DNA from: Pristiophorus japonicus
Lineage: Eukaryota
Assembly: GCF_044704955.1 (NCBI RefSeq)
Contig: NC_091990.1
Location: 184,574,001-184,638,000 of the forward strand
Length of the DNA stretch: 64,000 nucleotides
Direction: 5' to 3'
Part shown: piece by piece, positions 36,278-48,990 of the stretch
Numbering within the stretch: position 1 is the first letter of the stretch
How the letters are laid out: the number at the start of each line of letters is the position of its first letter
Notes under the pieces: model-generated
Seen by the model: only the letters and a program-made list of their open reading frames with translations
Told to the model about the DNA's origin: nothing
The model's database searches: none
Position numbers and translations under genes: made by a program

Positions 36278-38300
36278 GGCCTAGAAATTCAGCACCTGAT
36301 TTTTTTGGCACTATGGGTGCCATTTTGAGTCCAAAATGGTGTCTGTGCTGCACACGCACAATTCTGGAGCGGGCTGCGCCAGACGCCATTTTGGTAAGGA
36401 CCAAACGGGTGGTATTGTTTACCCATGTCTGAAGCAGGTATTAGGCCATTAACATTATCAAATAAGGGGCCACTGTCTGCTTCTGCTCCCACTTTTCAAA
36501 TTTAGTTTGCATCTGAGTCAGCCAGTGTCAGTGCTGTTTGCCCCAGGGAAAAACAATGCAAAACAGCACAGAATTAAAAAATGGTAAGTATTTACCATTA
36601 TCACCCCCACTCCTGGTCCCAAGATCTCCGATCACACTCCCGACTTCGACCCCCCGATCTTCCCCCAACCCCAACCCGACCCTCTAGCCCCCGCCCCCGC
36701 CGACACCCCCCCCAACAATATTGCAGGCCCCCGATCTTCTTACACGACCCCCGAACAGCTCTCCAATCACAGACTCTGAGGCCCACCTTTTCCACGCTAT
36801 GCAACCCAATCACTTACCTGGAAATTGGAGCTTCAAGCTGTGCAGGCTCTGACCACACTGCCATCGACATAATAATGAGATCCGGGGAACAACATCTGAT
36901 GCTCCTCCAAACTCCACATTTGAGCACAGGCTGCTAACACTCTAAAGGTAAAAATGGACACTACTGAATTGCCTTGCTCACATCTTTTAAGTTAGATAAG
37001 GCTGAGGTGGGATTCACAAGCAGCAGGAAGGAGATAATCTTCCCCAGCAACAGGAAGAAGATACCTGCTGCTGTCACCAGGAGGGATCGGTTGGCCATAG
37101 CTGAGAAGGTCAGGAGTATTTTGCCCTGTCCCTTAATCCAGTCCAGAATCATAGGGCCCGAACTCAGTCGAAGCCAAGACCCTCCCAAGTGCCGTCCAAA
37201 GGACTGCCAATGGCCGGCGAGAGACCGGGCGGTACTTTGTCAGGAAGATTCCTCTAAAAGAGGTGGCAATACCGCCCAGCGGCTAAGCAATGGCTTACTC
37301 CAGCAATCTGGGCGGCAGCGGGCGGCAGCTCTCAATCTCAGCGGCAAATGCACTTCCTGTCCAAGTGCCGCCGAGAATGGAGTCGGGCCCAAGGAGGGTG
37401 GAAGACCTGCAAATAAAAATAATAGCAAAAAAAAGCACATCAACACCTTCAGGGGACCTCATCCAGGTAAAAAATGTTTTAAAAATATGTTCACCAACCT
37501 TTTTTTTCCATTCTTCGCACTTGCCGTCGGGGTTAGACCTGCCTCTATGCACTGGTCCTGCCCCCTGCTGGTGCTGACTCCCGCCTGCACCAATCTGGCA
37601 GCTCAGTGGACGGGAGGCCACTTACGCTACTTGGCCACCAGAGGACGTCAGCGGGTCGTTCCCGGCAGTACACCACTCCCACCCACTCCAGCCCAAGTGG
37701 AAAATAGCAAAGAGGGGAGACCGGCAGCAAAACCCGGCGGCAGTGGGCTGTAAGGCCACCGATATGGGGGCCATAGAATCATAGAATGGTTACAGCATGG
37801 AAGAAAGCCATTCGGCCCGCCGAGCGCGAGCCCGTGCTGGAAGCAGTTTAATGACCTTACCAGATCAGGAAAGCTGAGGACAGTTGCAGAATCACCTACA
37901 TCCAGAAGTGCCCAACCTGCCCCTCACTCTGTCTTGTCAAGTGTACACCATTACATCACTCTTCACAACCACTTAAGTTTGAAGAACACTCATTTATGCA
38001 CTTCCTCACCTTCTCATTTATCCATCCAGTACTGCCACTCACCGCAGTCCTTATGCAATGTGATGCATCTGCCCGATAGCCACCCTCACTGAATGCAATG
38101 CCTCGATTGGGTGGACACAAGCCCTTATGGACATCTTAGATGTTCCCTCTTGCAGGACAAGTGAGCACAAAATACAAGGGAGAGGTGAGGAAGTGGAGGT
38201 GGCCCGCTACAGATAGTGCAGCTGACATCAGCATAGGAAGAGGCCATGGAGATCAGTGTCCCTGACTATCGGAGATAGAGAGACTGGGACTTCACAGGAT
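36278..38300 (+). mobile_element. Harbinger left arm with Myb/SANT pseudogene of a second family
   Basis: TIR-like GGCCTAGAAATTC at 36278; RKEIIFPSNRKKIPAAVTRRDRLAIAEKV (37020-37115), KQFNDLTRSGK (37840-37872), downstream exon with GGGP motif from 38157. Confidence 0.6.
37154..37772. mobile_element. Probable Harbinger-type MITE inserted in the Myb pseudogene
   Basis: Degenerate TIRs GGGCCCGAACTC / GATATGGGGGCC flanked by ATA on both sides; splits the Myb reading frame. Confidence 0.5.
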
Positions 38301-39018
38301 TAAATATCTCATACAAAACTCAGTGATGGTGGCTGGAGTTTGGCACTGAGTGAAATATGATCATCATAGTTATTTTAAGTAGCAACATTTTTACACTGCC
38401 ATTACTAATTCATATCCGTCTCTTCCATCCTCTGGGCCCTTCACGCAACTTGGCGGGGAACTTGGAGGTGATGGTGTATCATGCACCTGCTGCCCTTGTC
38501 CTTCCAGTTGGTAGATATTGCAGGTTTGGGAGATGCTGTCAAAGATGCCTTGGCAAGTTGCAACAGTACATTTTGTAGATCGTACACATTGCAGCCACGG
38601 TGCGCTGATGGTGGAGGAAGTGACTGTTTATGATGTTGGATGGGCAATAAAGCGGGCTGCTTTGTCCGGGATGGTGTGGAGCTTTTTGAGTGTGGTTGGA
38701 GCTGCACTCGTCCAGGCAAGTGGAGAGTATTCTTTCACACTCCTGACGGGTGCCTTGTAGATGGTGGAAAGGCTTTGGGGAGTCAGGAGGTGAGGCACTC
38801 GCTGCAGAATATCCAACCTCTGACTCGCTCTTGTTACCACAGTATTTACGTGGCTGGTCCAGTTAAGTTTCTGGTCAATGGTAACCCCCCGCCCAGGATG
38901 TTGACGGTGGGGGATTTGTCGATGGTAATTGTCATGTATCTCACACTACTATATATAACTGTATCTTACCATGCTATACATGACTGTAACTAGATATGAC
39001 CTGTAACCACAAGCATAC

Positions 39019-42000
39019 GTGGCTTGAGCAGTGGTGCAAGAGGGAGGGATTCAAATTCCTGGGACATTGGAACCAGTTCTGGGGGAAGTGGGACCTATAC
39101 AAAAGGGACGGTCTGCACTTGGGTAGGACTGGAACTGATGTCCTGGGGGTAACATTTGCTAATGCAGTTCGGGAGTGTTTAAACTAATATGGCAGGGGGA
39201 TGGGAACCTATGCAGCGAGATAGGGCGAAGTTATATGGAGTCAGAAACAGATGGTAGAAAGGTAAAAAGCAATAGTGGAAGGCCGAGTAAACAAAGGTAA
39301 GAAACAAAAAGGGCCACACTACATCATAATTCTAAAAGGACAAAGGGTGTTAAAAAAACAAGCCTGAAGGCTTTGTGGTTTAATGCAAGGAGTATCCGTA
39401 ATAAGGTGGATGAATTAACTGTGCAAATAGATGTTAACGGATATGATGTGATTGGGATTACAGAGACGTGGTTCCAGGATGATCAGGGCTGGGAACTCAA
39501 CATCCATGGGTATTCAACATTCAGGAAGGATAGAATGAAAGGAAAAGGAGGCGGGGTAGCATTGCTGGTTAAAGAGGAGATTAATGCAATAGTTAGGAAG
39601 GACATTAGCTTGGATGATGTGGAATCTATATGGGTAGAGCTGCAGAACACCAAAGGGCAAAAAACGTTAGTGGGAGTTGTGTACAGACCTCCAAACAGTA
39701 GTAGTGATGTTGGGGAGGGCATCAAACAGAAAATTAGGGGTGCATGCAATAAAGGTGCAGCAGTTTTCATGGGTGACTTTAATATGCATATAGAGTGGGC
39801 TAACCAAACTGGAAGCAATACGGTGGAGGAGGATTTCCTGGAGTGCATAAGGGATGGTTTTCTAGACCAATATGTCGAGGAACCAACGAGGGGGGAGGCC
39901 ATCTTAGACTGGGTGCTGGGTAATGAGAGAGGATTAATTAGTAATCTCGTAGTGCGAAGCCCCTTGGGGCAGAGTGACCATAATATGGTGGAATTCGACA
40001 TTAGGATGGAGAATGAAACAGTTAATTCAGAGACCATGGTCCAGAACTTAAAGAAGGGTAACTTTGAAGGTATGAGGCGTGAATTGGCTAGGATAGATTG
40101 GCGAATGAGACTTAAGGGGTTGACTGTGGATGGGCAATGGCAGACATTTAGAGACCGCATGGATGAATTACAACAATTGTACATCCCTGTCTGGCATAAA
40201 AAATTAAAAAGGGAAGGTGGCTCAACCGTGGCTATCAAGGGGAATCAGGGATAGTATTAAAGCCAAGGAAGTGGCATACAAATTGGCCAGAAATAGCAGT
40301 GAACCTGGGGACTGGGAGAAATTTAGAACTCAGCAGAGGAGGACAAAGGGTTTGATTAGGGCAGGGAAAATAGAGTACGAGAGGAAGCTTGCAGGGAACA
40401 TTAAGACGGACTGCAAAAGTTTCTATAGATATGTAAAGAGAAAAAGGTTAGTAAAGACAAACGTAGGTCCCCTGCAGTCAGAATCAGCGGAAGTCATAAC
40501 GGGGAACAAAGAAATGGCAGACCAATTGAACAAGTACTTTGGTTCGGTATTCACTAAGGAGGACACAAACAACCTTCCGGATATAAAAGGGGCCAGAGGA
40601 TCTAGTAAGAAGGAGGAACTGAGGGAAATCCTTATTAGTCGGGAAATTGTGTTGGGGAAATTGATGGGATTGAAGGCCGATAAATCCCCAGGACTTGATG
40701 GACTGCATCCCAAAGTACTTAAGGAGGTGGCCTTGGAAATAGCGGATGCATTGACAGTCATTTTCCAACATTCCATAGACTCTGGATCAGTTCCTATCGA
40801 TTGGAGGGTAGCCAATATAACCCCACTTTTTAAAAAAGGAGGGAGAGAGAAAACAGGGAATTATAGACCGGTCAGCCTGACATCAGTAGTGGGTAAAATG
40901 ATGGAATCAATTATTAAGGATGTCATAGCAGCGCATTTGGAAAGAGGTGACATGATAGGTCCAAGTCAGCATGGATTTGTGAAAGGGAAATCATGCTTGA
41001 CAAATCTTCTGGAATTTTTTGAGGATGTTTCCAGTTGATGTGGTGTATTTGGACTTTCAGAAGGCTTTCGACAAGGTCCCACACAAGAGATTAATGTGCA
41101 AAGTTAAAGCACATGGGATTGGGGGTAGTGTGCTGACATGGATTGAGAACTGGTTGTCAGACAGGAAGCAAAGAGTAGGAGTAAATGGGTACTTTTCAGA
41201 AATGGCAGGCAGTGACTAGTGGGCTACCGCAAGGTTCTGTGCTGGGGCTCCAGCTGTTTACATTGTACATTAATGATTTGGACGAGGGGATTAAATGTAG
41301 TATCTCCAAATTTGCGGATGACACTAAGTTGGGTGGCAGTGTGAGCTGTGAGGAGGATGCTATGAGGCTGCAGAGTGACTTGGATAGGTTAGGTGAGTGG
41401 GCAAATGCATGGCAGATGAAGTATAATGTGGATACATGTGAGGTTATCCACTTTGGTGGTAAAAACAGAGAGACAGACTATTATCTGAATGGTGACAGAT
41501 TAGGAAAAGGGGAGGTGCAACGAGACCTGGGTGTCATGGTACATCAGTCATTGAAGATTGGCATGCAGGTACAGCAGGCGGTTAAGAAAGCAAATGGCAT
41601 GTTGGCCTTCATAGCGAGTGGATTTGAGTACAGGGGCAGGGAGGCATTGCTACAGTTGTACAGGGCCTTGGTGAGGCCACACCTGGAGTATTGTGTACAG
41701 TTTTGGTCTCCTAACTTGAGGAAGGACATTCTTGCTATTGAGGGAGTGCAGCGAAGGTTCACCAGACTGATTCCCGGGATGGCGGGACTGACCTATCAAG
41801 AAAGACTGCATCAACTAGGCTTGTATTCACTGGAGTTCAGAAGAATGAGAGGGAATCTCATAGAAACGTTTAAAATTCTGATGGGTTTAGACAGGTTAGA
41901 TGCAGGAAGAATGTTCCCAATGTTGGGGAAGTCCAGAACCAGGGGTCACAGTCTAAGAATAAGGGGTAAGTCATTTAGGACCGAGATGAGGAGAAACTTC

Positions 42001-42247
42001 TTCACCCAGAGAGTGGTGAACCTGTGGAATTCTCTACCACAGAAAGTTGTTGAGGCCAATTCACTAAATATATTCAAAAAGGAGTTAGATATAGTCCTTA
42101 CTACTCGGGGGATCAAGGGGTATGGCGAGAAAGCAGGAATGGGGTACTGAGGTTGGATGTTCAGCCATGAACTCATTGAATGGCGGTGCAGGCTCGAAGG
42201 GCCGAATGGCCTACTCCTGCACCTATTTTCTATGCTTCTATGTTTCT
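39019..42247 (+). mobile_element. CR1 LINE (ORF1 C-terminus plus complete but disrupted ORF2) inside the Gypsy 5' LTR
   Basis: APE endonuclease (GITETW, GDFN, SDH) and RT (PQGSVLG, FADD); stop near 39298 and frameshifts near 40200, 41035 and 41200; TSD ATAC at 39015-39018 and 42248-42251. Confidence 0.97.
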
Positions 42248-42431
42248 ATACTTTACCACCAGGGGTGCACTTGCAGGAGACACTGCATACCTTTTCCACA
42301 CAGATATATAAAGGCAGGTCTCAGGCAAGTGTGGCACTCGAGAGCTGTGAAATAAAGGTGCAGGTCCTGAGTGACCTTGACTTCAGCATGTGCCTCATGT
42401 GAGTCTGTACTGCAGGGTCAGGACTTTACAG

Positions 42432-42450
42432 TGGCGACGAGGTACGGGAT
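42432..42450 (+). other. Primer-binding site, probably for tRNA-Ser(GCT)
   Basis: TGGCGACGAGG one base after the 5' LTR; complementary to ...CCTCGTCG-CCA, the 3' end recalled for vertebrate tRNA-Ser(GCT). Confidence 0.7.
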
Positions 42451-42465
42451 CACAGAATCCACAGA

Positions 42466-45400
42466 ATGGCTACCAAAGGCTCAGATGAGAAATACAATGC
42501 TGGAGATAGTTGGGAAGATTTTATAGAAAGGCTCCAGCAAAGCTTTGTAACCAAAGACTGGTTGGGCGATGACAAGGCAGACAAGAGAAGAGCCCATCTC
42601 TTGACCAGCTGTGGCTCGAAAACATATGCCTTAATGAAGGACCTGCTGGCACCCGAGAAACTAGCAAGCAAGTCGTTTGAAGAGTTGAGCACACTGGTGA
42701 GAGACCACCTGAAGCCAGCGAGCAGCCTACACATGGCCCGACATAGGTTCTACAACTACAGACGCTGTGTGGGCCAGAGCATACCCGACTTTGTGGCGGA
42801 ACTTCAGAGGCTGGCTATTTTATGTGAGTTCCCCGATGAACTAAGGAGAGAAGTACTGAGAGACTTTTTTATTGAAGGAATAGGCCACGCAGGCATATTC
42901 CGAAAACTTATAGAGACCAAGAACTTGACCCTGGAGGCAGCAGCACTGGTTGCACAGACATTCTTGGCAGGAGAAGAAGAAACGAGGTTGATCTACACTG
43001 CGGGTACGACAACTAACGAAACATCAGAACAAGGGGTTCACAGCGTGAAACAAGCCGCTACCCCCACACACAGACAAAGGCAGGAGAGCAGGCCCTCAAC
43101 AGCAGGCAGTGGCGCCAGAAGCCATCAAGGGTCACATGAACGGTCGTTCACACCTCACCAACCCACAATGCGAGCAATCAACTACAGACTGAGAGAAGCT
43201 CAAGAGAGATCAGCCAGACGCAGCTCATCCTTCGGAAACAATGGAAGCGGTCTGTGCTGGAGATGTGGGGGAAGGCACTCATCAAGTGAGTGTCGATTTC
43301 AGCATGCCATTTGCAGAAACTGCAACTATGCAGGGCACCTGGCCTGCATGTGCAGAAAAACAGCAGCTCGGCTGGTATGCGAATTGGAAGGGTCAGAAGG
43401 CGGTGGGGACAGTGCCCAGGACACCGAGGTACAGCGGGTCAACACGATCAATGTCCACTGTTCTTACAACAAGACACCTCCAATAATGATGAGGGTCCGA
43501 CTCAACGGGATACCCGTCAACATGGAACTGGACGCGGGAGCGAGTCAATCTCTCATGGGCGTCCAACAATTTGAACAGCTGTGGCCGCACAAAAGCAACA
43601 GACCAAAACTCACAAGGGTCGACACCAAACTAAGGACCTATACCAAAGAAATCGTCCCAGTCCTTGGCAGCGCCATGCTCTCAGTCACACACAAAGGGAC
43701 AGCGAACCGACTTCCCCTGTGGATTGTCCCCGGAGATCTCCCAGCACTCTTGGGGAGAAGCTGGCTGGCAAAACTAACTTGGAAATGGGATGATGTTCAC
43801 GCCATGTCGTCAGAGGAACGGACCTCCTGCTCAACAGTTCCAAGTCGATTTGAACATCTCTTTCAGCCAGGTGTAGGCACCTTCAAAGGGGCTAAAGTTA
43901 AAATCTACATCACACAGGATGCTAGACCGGTCCATCACAAGGCTAGAGCTGTACCCTATGTGATGAGGGAAAAGATTGAACATAAACTGGACCGGCTTCT
44001 GCGGGAAGGCATTATCTCACCCGTGGAACTTAGCGACTGGGCAAGTCCCATCGTCCCCGTCATGAAGCCTGATAGATCCGTGCGAATCTGTGGGGATTAC
44101 AAATCTACTATAAACAGAGTCTCCCTACAGGACCAATACCCGCTGCCCAGAGCGGAGGATCTATTTGCCACATTGGCTGGAGGAAAACTTTTCTCGAAAC
44201 TAGATCGCACATCTGCGTATATGATGCAAGAACTGACCGAAGAGTCTAAGCTACTCACCACCATCAACACACATCGAGGCCTTTTTATGTACAATCGATG
44301 CCCATTCGGCATCAGGTCGGCAGCTGCCATATTCCAGCGCAACATGGAGAGTCTGCTCAAGTCCATCCCAGGGACGGTTGTATTTCAAGACGACATACTC
44401 ATCACGGGCAGGGACACCGACTCCCATCTCCGCAATTTGGAGGAAGTACTAAAGCGGTTGGATCGGGTAGGCCTCCGAGTCAAGAAATCAAGAAATCTGT
44501 TTCTCGCGCCTGAGGTTGAATTTTTGGGCAGAAGGATTGCCGCTGATGGAATCCGCCCAACAGAGTCCAAAACAGAAGCAATTCGCCTTGCACCCAGGCC
44601 TCGGAATGTCTCGGAACTGCGCGCCTTTCTCGGGCTACTCAATTACTTTGGGAACTTTATGCAGAACTTGAGCACGCTGCTGGAGCCTCTCCATGTGCTA
44701 CTCAGAAAGGGGTGCGATTGGTTTTGGGGGGACGCCCAAGAACGCGCCTTCAATAAGGCACGCAACCTTCTATGTTCCAACAGTTTTTTGACTTTTTTTG
44801 ACCTAGGTAAAAAGCTAGTTCTTACGTGTGATGCATCAGCGTACGGGGTCGGGTGCGATTTACAGCATGTCAATGATGCGGGTAAATTACAGCCTCCAGG
44901 TCACTTTCGCGGGCGGAGCGCGGGTACGGTATGGTGGAGAAGGTGGCGCTCGTGTGCGTGTACAGTGTCAAAAAGATGCACCAATACCTTTTCGGGGCCA
45001 AGTTCGTGTTAGAAATAGACCACGAACCCCTCACGTCCCTGCTATCCGAGAGCAAGGCAATAAACGCCAACGCCTCGGCGCGCATTCAACGGTGGGCACT
45101 CATGCTGGAGTCTTACGGCTACACAATAAGGCACAGACAACTGTGCCGACGCGCTTAGCAGGCTACCCCTGGCGACCACGGAAGGGTCCGACGAACAGGA
45201 CTGTGAGATGGTCATGGTAATCAATGCCTTTGAGTCCACAGGTTCGCCCATGATGGCTCGCCAAATCAGAGCCTGGACGACCAGCGACCCCACGTTATCC
45301 TTAGTAAAAAGATGTGTTTTAACTGGTGACTGGGCAGAGGCTCGCGATGCCTGCCCCGAGGAGATTAAACCTTTCCATAGGCACATGCAGGAACTATCAC

Positions 45401-46573
45401 TACAGGCAAACTGCCTGATGTGGGGCAGCTGAGTAGTCATGCCTTTGCGAGGCAGGGAGCCGTTTGTCCGGGAGCTCCACCGCGAGCACCCGGGGATCGT
45501 TCTCATGAAGGCCATAGCCAGATCCCACGTCTGGTGGCCTGGCATTGATGCAGACTTGGAGCTCTGCGTCCGAAGGTGCACCATTTGTGCCCAACTCAGT
45601 AATGCCCCCAGGGAGGCCCCCCTGAGCCCCTGGCCCACCAAACCGTAGTCGTGAGTGCACATAGACTATGCGGGCCCATTCATGGGCAAAATGTTTCTCG
45701 TAGTCGTCGATGCTTTTTCAAAGTGGATCGAATGCACCATTTTAAACTCGAGCACAACCTCTACCACTGTGGAGAACCTTAGTGATAATCAGTGATAATG
45801 GTCTGTGCTTCACCAGCGCAGAATTTCACGATTTTATAGTTAACCACGGCATAAATCACGCTAAGACGGCACCGTTCAAGCCGGCCTCCAACGGCCAGGC
45901 GGAGTGAGCAGTGCAAATCATTAAACAATGCATGCTTAAAATCCAAGGTCCCACGCTGCAGGGCTGCCTGTCGCGACTGCTGCTGGCATACAGACCTCGT
46001 CTGCATTTGTTGACTGGGGTTCCCCCCGCGCAACTATTGATGAAACGGACCTTAAAGACTAGGTTCTCGTTAATCCTCCCAGACATGCATGAAACTGTTG
46101 AGGCAAAGCTAACTGAGTACCATGACCGAAATTCGAGGGGGAGGTGGAATGAGATAGGGGACAAAGTTTTTGTGCTAAACTATGGCAGGGTTCCCAAATG
46201 GCTTGCAGGGGCAGTAACAGGCAAAGAGGGAAACAGACTATTGGTAGTACAAATAGACAATGGCCAAACCTGCCGGAGGCATGTAGACCAAGTAAAAAGT
46301 AGATTCACCAACAACACTGCAGAACCAGAGGCAGACTACAATGTGGAACTCACACCACACCTGGTGGACAGACAGAGGGAACAACCTGAGAAAAGGGCAA
46401 TCTCAACAGACAGCCCAGGCGAGACACCAACAATCATACTGAACGAAACAGACAGCCCAGGCGAGATACCAGCAATCACACCAAAAGAAAAACAGGCACC
46501 ATGGCAAACAACCGAAACACAACTAAGACACTCCACGCGAGAGCGTAGACCACCTGAGAGACTGAATCTATAA
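42466..46573 (+). pseudogene. Gypsy gag-pol polyprotein; open through RT and early RNase H, then frameshifts and stops
   Basis: Two Zn knuckles (CWRCGGRHSSSEC, CRNCNYAGHLACMC); protease LDAGAS; RT CPFGI and FQDDILI; RNase H LTCDASAYGVG; integrase LHREHPG..CTIC, HIDYAGP, SDNG. Confidence 0.95.
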
Positions 46574-47552
46574 AGACAATAAGACCTTGGGGAAGGGTGA
46601 TGTCATGTATCTCACACTACTGTACATAACTGTATCTTACCATGCTATACATGACTGTAACTAGATATGACCTGTAACCACAAGCATACTTTACCACCAG
46701 GGGTGCACTTGCAGGAGACAATGCATACCTGTTCCACACAGGTATATAAAGGCAGGTCTCAGGCAAGTGTGGCACTCGAGAGCTGTGAAATAAAGGTGCA
46801 GGTCCTGAGTGACCTTGACTTCAGCATGTGCCTCGTGTAAGTCTGTACTGCAGGGACAGGACTTTACAGTAATGCCGTTGAACGTCAAGGAGTTGCAGGT
46901 AGACTCTCGCTTGTTGGAGATAGTCATTACGTAGCACTTGTGTGGCACGAATGTTACTTGCCACTTATCAGCCCAAGCCTGAATATCGTCCAGGTCTTGC
47001 TGCATGTGGGAATGGACTGCTTCTTTATCTGACGAGTTGCAAATGGAACTGAACACTATGTAATCATCAGCGAACATCCCCACTTCTGACCTTAGAGGGA
47101 AGATGAAGCAGCTGAAGTTGGTTGGGCAAGGACACTGCCCTGAGGAATTCCTGCAGCGATGTCCTGGGGCTGTGATGATGGAGCCATACCCAACAACCTT
47201 TGTGTTAGGTATGGCTCCAGCCAGTGGAGAGTTTCCCCCCTGATTCCCATTGACTTCAGTTTTAATAAGGCTCCATGATGCCACACTCGGTCAAATGCTG
47301 CCTTGATGTCAAAGGCAGTCACTCTCACCTCACTTCTGGGATTCAGCTCTTTTGTCATAAATGACCAAGGTTGTAATGAGGTCTGAAGTCGAGTGGTCCC
47401 GGCGGAACCCAAATTGAGCATTGGTGAGCAGGTTATTGGTGAATAAGTGCCACTTGATAGCACTGTCGACGACACCTTACATCACTTTGCTGATGATTGA
47501 GAGTAGACTGATGGGGGGGTAATTGGCCGGATTGGATTTGTCCTGCATTTGT

Positions 47553-48510
47553 CTATGATTATTGCAATACCTTTCTTACAAGCATCCACTATTTCTTGAT
47601 TTATACTTCGTCCAACAGTACAGCTACTGTTAGGGGGTCTGTCGATTACGTCCACCAGTGATTTCTTGCCCTTATTATTTCTTATCTCCACCTAAACTGA
47701 TTCTATATATTGACCTTCTGAGCCAATATCATTTCTCACTACTGCACTGATCTCATCCTTTATTAACAGAGCTACCCCACCTCCTTTTCCTTTCTGTCTG
47801 TCCTTCTGAATTGTCAAATACCTCTGAATATTCAGTTCCCAGCCTTGGTCACCTTGCAACCATGTCTCTGTAATGGCTATCAGATCATACCTATTTATTT
47901 CCAATTGTGCCATCAACTCATCTATCTTGTTATGAATGCTGCGTGCATTCAGATAAAGAGCTTTTAAATTTGTTTTTTTTACCATTTTTCGCTGCTTTGA
48001 CCCCACTTTCTGATACACTCTTATATTTATACATTCTGTCCCTTCCTGTCACGCTCTGGTTATCATTTCCCCCACTGCTACCCCACTCTATTGCCTTCTC
48101 CTTGCTATTTGACTTTTTAAATTTCCTCTCACCTGAATCCTCCCCCCCACCACTGTTCCCCCTCCCCCCACTATTTAGTTTAAAGCCCTCTCTACAGCCC
48201 TAGTTATTTGATTCGCCAGGACCCTAGTCCCAGCATGATGCCAGTGCCCCATGAACCGACATCCATTTCTCCCACACCAGTCTTTAAGCCACGTGTTCAT
48301 CTCTATGATCTTATTTACCCTATGCAAATTTGCTCGTGGCTTGGGTAGTAATCCAGAGATTATTACCTTTGTGGTTCTGCTTTTTAATTTAGTCCCTAGC
48401 TGCTCATGATCCCTCAGCAGAACCTCTTTCTTTGTTCTACCTATATCATTGGTACCTACGTGGACCACGACAACTGGATCTTCCCCCTCCCACTCCAAGT
48501 TCCTCTCCTG
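47553..48510 (-). mobile_element. CR1 fragment: ORF1 esterase C-terminus and ORF2 endonuclease N-terminus
   Basis: VVVHVGTNDIG (SGNH block III); LYLNARSI, AITETWL, KGGGVALL. Confidence 0.9.
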
Positions 48511-48519
48511 CCCTGAGGA

Positions 48520-48990
48520 GGTGTAGTGCTCTGGAACGAACCAGAGGCAAAGCGTGAAGGGTGGTGGTGACTTTCACAGTCATTGGCAATGCGTGGCCAC
48601 CAAGTCCAGCAGGGGGAAGGGCTTTTTCTGGGACTCTGCAGATGCCTGCGACCATCTGAAGTGACAATCTCAGTCTTCAGAAGCACTGCTCCTCCGAGAG
48701 CTCAAGGAAACTGAGCCTTTGTCTGTAGACCCTAGTGGGTAGTGCCCCCTGCGAACTTGATCCCTCTGTTGCTCTGCTGTTTATGTTCCCTCCTCTGTTG
48801 TCCACCTCTCTGCTGGCCACCTGGAGCAACGTCCACAACACGCTCTTGCTACTGCTGACAGTTTTTCTGACTGGAGTCCAATCTAAAGCAACCACAGTGC
48901 CACCCATCCTGATGTTATCTGTATGACGATCTCCAAACTCTACAAGTAAGTCTCTGACAACAAGTACTCTCACCAAACTGTTTCCTAGAG
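48520..48990 (-). pseudogene. Harbinger transposase N-terminal fragment
   Basis: RVYRQRLSFLELSEEQC, GGHALPMTVKVTTTL, FASGSFQ. Confidence 0.75.

Larger units (their letters stand above)
38930..46868 (+). mobile_element. Full-length Ty3/Gypsy LTR retrotransposon (Mag-like)
   Basis: 5' LTR 38930-39018 plus 42252-42430; 3' LTR 46601-46868 (268 bp, TG..CA); TSD GTAAT at 38925-38929 and 46869-46873; PBS at 42432; PPT GGGGAAGGGTGA at 46589-46600. Confidence 0.97.
38440..47552 (-). mobile_element. Older CR1-group LINE of a distinct family, split by the Gypsy element (pieces 38440-38929 and 46869-47552)
   Basis: AFDIKAAFDRVWH, GIPQGSVL, MFADD, WADKWQVTF on the right piece; IYKAPVRSVKEYSPLAW on the left piece; the two pieces join across the GTAAT TSD. 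Confidence 0.85.

Noticed and set aside
39483-40238. Long antisense ORFs over CR1 ORF2 (also 40423-40815, 53588-54007, 8803-9234)
   Set aside because: Shadow frames of LINE coding sequence with no recognisable domain.
46407-46490. 42-bp tandem duplication in the integrase C-terminal tail
   Set aside because: Real but common in the variable tail of Gypsy pol; not distinctive.
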